Assembly (NCBI GenBank): GCA_026026165.1
Contig: JAPEUD010000006.1
Coordinates: 372,001-436,000, forward strand
Reading direction: 5' to 3'
Length of the DNA stretch: 64,000 nucleotides
Source: Sarea resinae
Taxonomy: Eukaryota
The notes beneath the pieces were generated by a model. The model was not told the DNA's origin, did not search any database, and saw only the letters and a program-made list of their open reading frames with translations. The position numbers and the translations under genes were made by a program. Each line of letters opens with the position of its first letter. Position 1 is the stretch's first letter. Below, piece by piece: positions 38,851 to 48,102 of this stretch.

Positions 38851-38871
38851 GGTCTGAGTCTACTGAGGCAA
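38851..38871 (-). repeat. Right terminal inverted repeat
   Basis: GGTCTGAGTCTACTGAGGCAA, the reverse complement of the left TIR with one mismatch. Confidence 0.9.
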
Positions 38872-38880
38872 TCCAGCTTA
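38872..38880 (+). repeat. Right target-site duplication TCCAGCTTA
   Basis: Identical to 30919-30927. Confidence 0.85.
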
Positions 38881-39150
38881 TCACTCTCTGCTATCGCAAG
38901 CACATCTTGATCATTGTGATCACTGCCACAAGCACCGTCATCTGCGACTCAGAGCATCGTCGCTGGTCGACTCATCAAGTTTCGTTCGGATCTCGCAGGT
39001 CTAGACTGCGGTTCGCTTCTTGCCTGTCTTCGTTCTAAGGTTGCCCGTGTAGAGTCTTGATAATCTTTCATCAACGTCAACGAGCACCCAATTCCACGTT
39101 CTCTTTCATTGCCTGCTTCTCGAGACCTCACCTTACTCCTCGTTGCCATC

Positions 39151-40032
39151 ATGTCGTACCTTCAGAGCCAGCTCGATGCTTTCAAATCCGACCTCACCTC
39201 ATCCTCCTCGAAGATCGCCAACAAGCGCACGCTTGCCGCCGCATCAGGACCCTCCAGAACCACGCCCTCCCCCGCGCCCTCGACCGCCTCAACACCCAGC
39301 AAAAATGACCTCAAACGCAAGCGGCCCGAGGCGCCTGTGATTCCGTTCTCTCAACCTGCAGATACCGGTACCGGCAGACATATCATGACCCAGGTCACCT
39401 ACGCAGTCGAGTACCTCAAATCGAAAGACAAACCGCAGACGCTCAAGGATATATTCCGCTACCTTTCGCTGCACAAGTCCGACGAGCTGAACAGGAACAA
39501 TCTGGGCAAGATCCTACAGCAGCACGATCGCGTGGAGTTTGATCCCGCAGGTGGAGGTGGAGAGGGCGCTTTCAGATTCAGGCCTATCCACAATATCCGC
39601 TCCGAAGACCAACTACTCCGCTTCCTTCAATCGCAGCCTACCGCGCAGGGGCTCTTTGTGCGTGAGCTCAAGGACGGCTGGCCGGGCGCAATTGCGACTA
39701 TTGATGATCTCGAGCGCAGAGGGAAACTACTGGTCATTCGCAACAAGAAAGACGGCGGGGCGAAGATGGTCTGGGCAAACGATCCATCGCTGTCCCAACA
39801 TGTCGACACCGAATTTCAGAACCTCTGGCATAAAATTCCCTTGCCCAAGACGGCGGCCGATTTGATGCAGGAGTTGGAGAAGGCGAACTTGACTCCGACG
39901 AGCAAGAAAGAGGCGGTTATGATACAACCCAAAGAGAAGACCAAGAAGAAGCGGCCAGCAAAGAAGGGTGGGCGCACGACAAATACTCATATGATGGGGG
40001 TTTTGAGAGACTATTCGCATCTGCAGAGATGA
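39151..40032 (+). CDS. TFA2: Transcription initiation factor TFIIE beta subunit
   Basis: Intronless ORF from ATG 39151. Motifs TQVTYAVEYLK, FRPIHNIRSEDQLL, ELKDGWP, EFQNLWHKIPLP and a basic C-terminus RTTNTHM. Confidence 0.92.
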   Translation: MSYLQSQLDAFKSDLTSSSSKIANKRTLAAASGPSRTTPSPAPSTASTPSKNDLKRKRPEAPVIPFSQPADTGTGRHIMTQVTYAVEYLKSKDKPQTLKDIFRYLSLHKSDELNRNNLGKILQQHDRVEFDPAGGGGEGAFRFRPIHNIRSEDQLLRFLQSQPTAQGLFVRELKDGWPGAIATIDDLERRGKLLVIRNKKDGGAKMVWANDPSLSQHVDTEFQNLWHKIPLPKTAADLMQELEKANLTPTSKKEAVMIQPKEKTKKKRPAKKGGRTTNTHMMGVLRDYSHLQR

Positions 40033-40511
40033 AAGATGGGGGAATATGTCGATATATTGAATCTATGGGCGGATTGCGAGGGCTTTGGACGGACGCAGAC
40101 AAGGCCTGCCGATGGCATCGCCACGGCTTTACAGAGTTTCATCAACAGCGGATGGACAAGTTCACCCGATCTCGAGTGGCTTGCACAGAGCAAGCACCGG
40201 CGACACCTTTCCACGCTATTGCTACCACTCCCGGATTACGTCCACACGATGGACATGACGAGGAAAGCAGTTGAAGTGGTTTGCCACTTTTGCAGGGATC
40301 ATGGGCACATAGAACGGCTGACGCCGTTATTCCCAGAATGCAAATCAAGAAGTCCAAAAGGCTCTTTGGTGTTTCTTGAGCTTTTGCAAGATTGCCCTAC
40401 ATGTGAAGCTAGAGTGAATAGAATTCAACGCTACACCATTTGACCCTAGCAAACATGCTATTTCGTGAGGAGAACAATAATAATATACATTTCACTGTGA
40501 ACGAACCCCAG

Positions 40512-41378
40512 CTACACCTCCTCATCCTTTCTAACGGCAAAGAAGTAATTGCCCCATTGCTCGCTGCCCTGGACCTTTTTCCACCCCAAACCAGGCAGAT
40601 ACATGACGCCCATCGCCCTCGGCTGCCCCCATCCAGGCCGTCCCACAAACCAGCCCCGCATCTCATCCTCATTGATGTAATTCCGCCAGTCATGCGTGCC
40701 CCTCGGCACCATCCTGATGACTTCCTCGGCCACTACGACCGTGGTCAGCCAGCTCGTCCACGTGCGCGATATCGTGCTCAGCACCAGCCACCCGCCGGGC
40801 TTCACAAACGGCATACACGATTCCAGGAACGCGGACGGGTGGGCCGTGTGTTCGATGACTTCGAACAGAGAGACGACATCGCACTGGTCCTGTGTCGACT
40901 GCGGCACAGGGAGATCCTCAATGGACGTGTTCAGGTAGTTGAGCTTCTTCTGCGAGAGCAGCGCGGGGTCCTGGCGGAGGTGCGACTTGGCGACCGCTAG
41001 GACTTCGGCGCTCGGGTCGATGCCCGTGACGCTGGCCGTGGAGGGGAGACGCGCGGCGCTTTCCGTGAAGATACCACCGCCGCAGCCGATGTCGAGGTAG
41101 CGGAGCTGTTTGGGCCCGGGTTGCGGGTCGCGCGGTGCGGGCACCGAGGCCTGGCAGGAAGAGATGAAGTCGTGGCGGAGGGGGTTCATGAGATGCAGGA
41201 GGCGGGACGGGCCATGTGGATCCCACCAGCTGGAGGCCAGCGCATTGAAGTGCGCTACTTCTTGCGGGTTCACAGAGGAGGGTCCTGCAGTGTGCGTGGA
41301 GGTGTACCGGATCGTGTGTGGGGAGAGCTTGAGGAGGCGGGGGACGCCGCGGAGGGAGGAGGGGCGGAGAGTTGCCAT
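40512..41378 (-). CDS. COQ3: Ubiquinone biosynthesis O-methyltransferase (UbiG/Coq3)
   Basis: Arg-rich mitochondrial presequence; motifs HFNALASSWWDPHGPSRLLHLMNPLR, LDIGCGGG, FEVIEH, KPGGWLVLSTI and VPRGTHDW. Confidence 0.95.
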   Translation of the reverse strand: MATLRPSSLRGVPRLLKLSPHTIRYTSTHTAGPSSVNPQEVAHFNALASSWWDPHGPSRLLHLMNPLRHDFISSCQASVPAPRDPQPGPKQLRYLDIGCGGGIFTESAARLPSTASVTGIDPSAEVLAVAKSHLRQDPALLSQKKLNYLNTSIEDLPVPQSTQDQCDVVSLFEVIEHTAHPSAFLESCMPFVKPGGWLVLSTISRTWTSWLTTVVVAEEVIRMVPRGTHDWRNYINEDEMRGWFVGRPGWGQPRAMGVMYLPGLGWKKVQGSEQWGNYFFAVRKDEEV

Positions 41379-43421
41379 TGAGAGTAGTGGTAGGGAGTAG
41401 TAGATGGGGCGGGACTTGGTCTACTCAGTAGAGGTGTGGTCTCTATGGAATGTGTAAGCATTGCCCCCGTGAGAAAGCTGGCAGGCTACGGGCTGGGCTG
41501 GATGCTCACAGCAGCTCTCGTCCGCGGATTGTGACTGCCGCTGGTGCATCCGTCGGGCTTTTCCTCCCAGCGTACTTTGTGACTCAGCCCCCTCCCAACG
41601 TCAGAGGACTGATGCGGCAAGAAACGCAGAGCTTGCTAGACTTCTCTCGGTGGAGTGAATAAGGTAGGAGTAGTCATGTTGAACCTTGGTGGACCATGGA
41701 TGGCATTCAATTGAGGTAATCGACATCGGAACAACGAAGATGCGTCCCGAAATGATCTCCCAAAATGATGCTAGCGCCGATCATTGACGACCAAGGGACC
41801 TGGATGTCTTTGTGTCTTCCTGCCCTCCCACCAGCTCTTCGCCGCATTGCGATATGAATATAAATAATGCCCCATTTTACAGAGCTTGGAACAGAATCGA
41901 AACTGTCGATCATCCGTGATCTCGACTCGGGCTGCTCTGCAAGATTGCAGTAGACGGACAACCATGACTAAGCAGCACAGCACTTCCATACTAAGAGCAA
42001 AGGGGCCGATTATGGCACCTCAAGAGGACGCTGTCCTCTTCTGGAATCGTTACTGGCCCCATCATGACGCTCCGTGTCTTGACCAATTCAGACAGGCCTC
42101 CTTGAGACTATTCTCAATGCCGGCTTATCGCTGGCACGGTGCACTGGCTCCTCGATCTCAAGCTCTGTGTTGTTTGGGGAGTCTTAGGTCTTCCAGGCCG
42201 GACTGACCCACGAATGATTCTTATTCATGGCTTCAAGAATATTGTCTGCTATTCTTACTTCCATCTCATGCAAATACGCCTGCCCATTTATCTCTGATCT
42301 TATTTGAAATGGATCTCAGTCTGTCATGATGGTTACATTTCTATTTGGCATTTTATCACAGTGCTTTGGAGCTTTCCCTCTCCGAAAATATTGGTTCTAT
42401 CTTACTGCAATTCTACGGGCCATCCTTACGCCACAACAGGTCCGAAATATCTGTCCGCCCAACCTCAAACAGCAGATTAATGCCAATACCTCAGATAGAG
42501 GCCACCGGACATTCCGGCTTGTTCAATTCGCAGAGACCTTGCGGTGGCCTTCCTCCACCCAGCCTATAGAAACCACCTCATAGCCAGCACTCACGCTAGA
42601 CCACTTTGGACTGGCCGTATTTGGTGTGGTCTCAATCCTCCCATAGACTACGCGTGTTATCACTCGTTCCCTCCAAATCGGACGCTGCCATCACGACGCG
42701 TATAGTCACTCGTGCTTTCCCAGGACAAAATTCGGCCATCATGCTAGTCGAAAGCTGGCGAGTGTGCTCGTGGTTTACGAATCAGCCTTCTGGCCTGGAT
42801 TGGTTGCTCCTGCTGAGTAGCGGTGCGCCGACTATCTATCCAAACCTTGTACAGCCACTCTCAGTAGGTACTCGCTCGTGCTTTCCCTACACGAGCTTGA
42901 GATGATGTTCGAATCCCGGCCGACAACGTCTACAAACTCTTCTTCTACACCCCTTCCGGAACTTAATCCTCCCATGCCGTTGCGCTACTATAACCGCAAT
43001 GGCGATCACCCCTCCCAAAAGAATCAGCCCTACCCGATACAGAATTATATCCAGCTCTTCCTTTCGCGACGACTTCCTCATCGCTTCCCAATGTGGTCAA
43101 GAACAATCCCATACCAGCAGCCCTCGCGCCTACTTAATCCCCCCTCCGCCAGCGGTCTTCGCCCCTTCCTCTCCATCCCTCGTATTTTCCCCACTGTCCG
43201 CACGTCTTCATACGTATCGCACAGAAGATAACTATATACTCGATAGCTTGAGCCTCCACCCCAAGCCTACCAGCTTCTACTCCTTCTAGAGCCTTCAAGC
43301 CGACAGAGCACGCTTTCGAGCAGTAGCCGTCACCTACTCCTAATCGGTGTATCGAAGAAGCTGCCTTTTGGCTCTTCTTCCCCTATTCCTTCTTCTTCTG
43401 TAGAGCTGCCTGCCTACTCGT

Positions 43422-43591
43422 GAGAGTGCCACTTTACGCCTCTCCACCCACAAAAGGCCACTCAACGCCTTTCTTCGCACAAGGGCCACTTTACGCCCTT
43501 CGAAGCCAAAGGCCACTTTTACGCCTTTACCTCGACAAAAACCCCCCAGGGCCACTTCACGCCCTTCCTTCAAAGGCCACTTTACGCCTTT
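43422..43591 (+). repeat. Array of six short stem-loops with a conserved CACTYHAC loop
   Basis: Units start at 43422, 43453, 43481, 43508, 43548 and 43572. Each has a 5-7-bp stem around an 8-9-nt loop, and the spacers differ in sequence. Confidence 0.85.
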
Positions 43592-43611
43592 CAGTAGCAG
43601 CAGTCGCGATC

Positions 43612-44381
43612 ATGTCTGGACGTCGCTCCCTCTCCACTCGTTCCTCCGCCGCTCGCACCACGGCCGCTACTTCGGTCGCGAGTGCGGCGACCACCACTCC
43701 TCCCAAAATTCTAGCCGGCGGCTCGCACTCTTCTCCTGCGCCGTCGGATCAGATGAGTGAACGAGAGAGGCGGTGCCTGAAACGATCCGAGGATCGCTTT
43801 CTTGGGCGGACGCGAAATTCGAAAGGAAAACGGTTTAGAATTGGTATGTTTTTTTCTTCTTCTACTATCTTTTACGACTTTCTCCTTATTCTGCCATTTC
43901 ATTTTTATCCTTTGCAAAATCCTACTCCATTTGACACTTTTCGTTGCCTTATCTTGTCTCTCGTCGTTCAACATGCATAGAAATGGCTTCTAAAACACAC
44001 TCCAGTATTCAAAAGTCCGCCGCCACGCCTCATCTCCCCCGGAGTCGATTTGCACGCCCGATGGCCGGCGTATCAAAGTTGGTAAGTCTTCGTTTATTTC
44101 AGCATCACTTTCGAATCCACTAACACGACGGTTTGAAAAAGTCTTCACACAGAACGGGGTCCGCCTCCCGCCCCACCCTCACCCACGGTGGCAGCAGCGG
44201 GACCAAGGCCGGCCAACAAAACCGTCGTGAACGACCTCCTCCCCCCACCACTCCTACATACACACACACCGACCCGGCCTCCGCGGGGCCGGGTACGGGA
44301 AAACGGGGGCGGGGAAAGATACGCGGCTCGGTAGCGACGGGGAGACCTGAGCGTTTGTGCGGTTTGAGATCTTTGGTGTAG
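43612..44381 (+). CDS. Putative orphan basic (R/S/T/P-rich) protein, ~190 aa, 3 exons (43612-43843, 43981-44081, 44142-44381)
   Basis: Donors GTATGT and GTAAGT, a CTAAC branch site and AG acceptors join in frame. No recognisable domain, so it could be non-coding. Confidence 0.35.
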
Positions 44382-45049
44382 GGGGCGCAAAGGGGTTTTG
44401 CGATCGGTAAGTGTTTTCCTTCTCTCGATCTTTCTATTGCGTGCAAGTCGGCTGATGAAGTTTTGGGTCTCTTGAGCAGAGAATCTTCAATCTGGGATTC
44501 TCTGCATCGAGGCATTTCTCCGGCCGGTGACAACATGGGTTTTGAGGCGCGAGGGTGCTAGTGGACTTTTAGATATCCTGTAAGTCTTTCCGTCTCTCGT
44601 CTCTGTACGCGCGCTCTTTTTTCTCGTCGTGAGAGTATGCGCTGATCATTCTTTGTCCTGCGCACAGAATCTTCAACCTGGGATCCAGGTTAGCAAATAG
44701 CGATGGAAGAGCGAAGAGCCAAGAGCGAAACTTGTGCGGTTTTCTAGAGTTGGGGGAATAAAGGTTATACGCGGTCCTGTCCTGTCCTGTCATGTCATGT
44801 CATGTCTGTCTGCTTGTTTTTTGGGGTTTTTACTTTGTTGGTGGATGGGCGATTACGATGTTAGCATCATTGATTTTGTCTTCTCTTCTGCTACAGCTCT
44901 TCTCCAGATCGAAATAGAATCGCTATCGCAATCGCAATCGCAATACTAGCATTGTCAACACATCACTTCCCATCATATCATTTACTTACTTTACTCTCGG
45001 AGCCGCGTGATAGAACAAGAAAACAAGAAAACAAAGAAAACAAAAAAAG

Positions 45050-45880
45050 GGAAAAAAGAATAGGGGTGCTAGGGCTTAGGTATTAGGTAGGATATATACC
45101 TAGAGGTAGAGGAATATATATGTATATATATATATATATATATGAGGTAGTGTGTAGGTTGTGTTATAGTATAGTATAGTATAGCATTGTATACTAGGTA
45201 GGTAGGTAGGTAGTATAATGCTCTAGAGGTAGTTTAATACTCTAGAGGTACTGTATAGAAAGTAGGGGAGCAGAAGAGAGTAGGTAGAGGTAAGAGAGTT
45301 AATGAGTAGAAGCAGAAGCAGAAGCAGAGAGAGGTAAAGAGGCTAGAACGCGAGGTAGAGAGCAAGGTAAAAGTCAAGAGAGTAGAGAGAGTAGAGAGAG
45401 AGAGAGAGAGAGAGTGCAAGGTAGAGTAGGTAGAGAAAGGAGATATAATAAGTCTTTCTAGTCTAGCACTACCTTATACACACACATATATATACACTGT
45501 ATATATATACAATATAGAGAAGGAGAGATAGAGAGAGAGAGAGAGAGAGATTACTATTTCTATATAGATATCTAAACCCTAAAGGTACTTTAGATAGGTA
45601 GGAGTGTAGACCTAGAGAGGGTGAAAGGGCGTTAGAGAGAGAGGTAGAGAGCTTCAAAGGGGCGAGGGAGGTAGAGAAAGATAAGTCTCTCTGGTCTAGT
45701 CTAGTCTAGCACTGTATTATATATATATATATACTGTACTCATACACATACACATACACATACACAAACGCACACAGAGAGATAGCCAAGCTAAGTAAGG
45801 TCGAGCAAGACGAGATAAGTCTCTCTTATCTAGCCTAGCACTGTATACACACACTTCACAGAGAGAGAGAGAGAGAGATG
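45050..45880. repeat. Compound microsatellite block ((TA)n, (AG)n, (TAGG)n, (CATACA)n) with three degenerate ATAAGTCT...CTAGCACT modules
   Basis: Read directly; modules at ~45448, 45681 and 45815. Confidence 0.8.
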
Positions 45881-46141
45881 TTGCTATTATACATGGATAA
45901 AAGAAGACGGATGATGGTCGTCTGGGCACGTCTTCTATAGAGAGGGTAGATAGACATGCGATCAATTCGCTCCGGATGCAAGAAGAAAAAGGGAATCTCG
46001 GTGTTTGTTCCGACGAGACGGCCCGTGGACCTTGTTTCCATACAATTCCAAGCAGACAAAACACACAAACGAATGCCATCAATCGTAACAAAAACCACCA
46101 CAGTCCAACAGCTTCGGCGGCAAAAGACCTTCCCAGACACA

Positions 46142-46840
46142 TCAAAGCATGGTGAATCCTCGGCTCTGGTGCTTCAGGCCCTTGAACGTGCTCTTCCGCT
46201 CGCCGACCCCGAGCTCCATTCCCCGGGCCTCGAACTCGTCATGCACCTCCGCTCTCCTGGGCTCGGGCTGGTGCGTGGCTTCGTACGGTGGTGGCATGGG
46301 CATCGGCGGCGGCAGCGCCGGCAGTTTCTCGCCCTGTTTCTCGCTCGCCTTGGCGGTTCGATCGGCCGTCACCGTCGTCGTGTTGCCGTTTCCGTCGGGC
46401 GGCGTGGCGTACCATCCTTTATGCGTCGTGCTGGTCATGTTCTTGGTCGGGCCTCCTCGTGGTGATGATGATGTTGTTGCTGTCGACGCTTGGAGCTGGG
46501 CTGCGCGCCGGGCGTTGGTGGCGCGGATCCGCTCGCGCCGTCGGTAGAGGAAGTAGCCCGCTGTCATGAGCAGGAGCACGACGACGAAGACGGGGATCAG
46601 GATGACGGCGAAGGAGTGCGATGGCATGTGTGAAGAGGACGACGAGGAAAAGGGGCCGTCGGAGCTTGTCTGCGCGCTTTTGGCGCTGTCGGTCGGCGTG
46701 GAGCGCTGCAAGAGAGAGGTGGCATGTCTGATGCTCTGGGTGGAGCGTCGTAGGAGAGAAGGGACTGTGTTTTTGATCTTCTGGGCCGGGGTGAGAAGGA
46801 TGAGCGAGGCAGCTACTGGAGATGGGAGTGTTGGTGCCAT
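46142..46840 (-). CDS. Single-pass membrane protein with a cytoplasmic PPPY motif
   Basis: 232-aa ORF with an S/T-rich N-region, hydrophobic helix FAVILIPVFVVVLLLMTAGYFLY followed by RRRER, and later PPPMPMPPPYE. Confidence 0.7.
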   Translation of the reverse strand: MAPTLPSPVAASLILLTPAQKIKNTVPSLLRRSTQSIRHATSLLQRSTPTDSAKSAQTSSDGPFSSSSSSHMPSHSFAVILIPVFVVVLLLMTAGYFLYRRRERIRATNARRAAQLQASTATTSSSPRGGPTKNMTSTTHKGWYATPPDGNGNTTTVTADRTAKASEKQGEKLPALPPPMPMPPPYEATHQPEPRRAEVHDEFEARGMELGVGERKSTFKGLKHQSRGFTML

Positions 46841-47777
46841 TTTTGAATAACTCGTGTTTGTTTCCTGAGGTTCGTTTCTGGGGTGAGAGGCTGATGTTGT
46901 TTTGAGGGCTGTTTGATTGGTATCAAGGGTGACAAAAGGTCTGTTGAAACTAAGGATTGGATGTCGTTGTCTTTCGAGTGAATGCTGTTTGCCCAGGAGA
47001 TGATACTCGAGTGAATGGGATTATGCTGCCAGCAGCGACGGACGGATGGACGATGATAAAATGAGACGAGGCAAGGCTCGCAGACAGACAAGACGTGCCG
47101 GCACGTAATGTTCAAGACGGCCGATCAAAGGAGAGACGGATCCGACTCGAGATACATGGGACCGAGAACGGAAAGAATGTGGTATTCTCGATGCTTTGAT
47201 TCTTTGCAGACCAGCAGCGAGTGACTCGGTCAGGCAAGGTGAGGTGAGGTGGGAGAGAAAGAGTGTGGTGGAGGTAGATGATCGGATGAGTGCGTGAAAG
47301 GTTGAGATGAGGTGAAGAAGGAGAGGCAGGAGAAGAAGTGGGATCAGACTACGGAGTACGACGATGACTGGACGGTCGGCATGCTCGCCAACGACCTCGG
47401 AGCTGCAGTGAAGATCATCAGAGGGGGAACAGACGGTTCAGCGGGTGCGACGCGTCGAGGTCGCAGCAGGGCCACGATCAATGGATGCAAACAGTCTGCA
47501 AACAGTGTGCAAACAGTCTGCGTCTTAGGGGTGCACTAGACTGTCCTCGCTCTTCGCCCCGGAGACGTGCCGGAGTCATGTCAGGGACACACCAGGACAT
47601 CTCGACACGTCCCTCTCCGCACTGCTCGCCGGCGTCATCTCGCAGCACGGCAGAGGAGCGAGGACCAGAAGAGGAGGTATCGGCACCGCTTGACTTCATC
47701 GTCGGGTTTGGGCAGAGGTTGGGGAAATTGCATGAAACAAGGGTGAAGGCGCAAAGGTGTCAAGGAGTCGACATACG

Positions 47778-47848
47778 AAGTACAAGTACAAGTACAAGTA
47801 CAAGTACAAGTACAAGTACAAGTACAAGTACAAGTACAAGTACAAGTA
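47778..47848. repeat. (AAGTAC)~12 microsatellite
   Basis: Perfect hexanucleotide run. Confidence 0.95.
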
Positions 47849-48102
47849 TCATCTCCTCTCCAGGGTCCAGCAGGGGGGCCGTCAACCAAGCTCAGGGGTC
47901 GGGCCCTTGATCCCCTGACCCCAAGGCGCTTGACCCCAAGGGTTCATGGGAACAGAATAGTACCTACAGTAATGGTTCCGAAGCGAAGACGCTGGGGCTC
48001 GATTAGGTACTACGTATTTGTGCTTCGTCCTTCGCTTCGTAGGTACCTTACCTTGGACTCACAGTGTTATTGTGATGTCACGTAAACCTCTCGCTCGATG
48101 CT

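Larger units (their letters stand above)
30928..38871. mobile_element. Full-length, RIP-inactivated helicase-encoding DNA transposon (AcademH-like)
   Basis: TIRs TTGCCTCAGTATACTCAGACC (30928-30948) and GGTCTGAGTCTACTGAGGCAA (38851-38871) match at 20/21. Flanked by the direct repeat TCCAGCTTA (30919-30927; 38872-38880). The interior is TpA-rich and carries stop-riddled transposase and RecQ-like helicase relics. Confidence 0.88.

Noticed and set aside
30928..38871. Alternative identities for the element: Helitron, Starship or telomere-linked helicase
   Set aside because: The helicase is SF2 RecQ-like rather than PIF1/Rep. No tyrosine-recombinase captain and no telomeric repeats are present. 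TIRs plus a 9-bp TSD indicate a DDE-type element.
40440..41000. 186-aa plus-strand ORF antisense to COQ3, and similar shadow ORFs over MLP1, STN1, the GTPase and FMC1
   Set aside because: Explained by GC-rich codon bias of the real gene on the opposite strand; no motifs.
41450..43400. Cluster of 70-117-aa ORFs upstream of COQ3
   Set aside because: No domain, consistent splice pattern or codon signal I can support; an orphan gene cannot be excluded.
47486..48046. (TGCAAACAGTS)x3 and small inverted repeats (CGAAGCGAAG/CTTCGCTTCG; TCAGGGG/CCCCTGA)
   Set aside because: Short and isolated; compatible with chance or slippage in promoter DNA.
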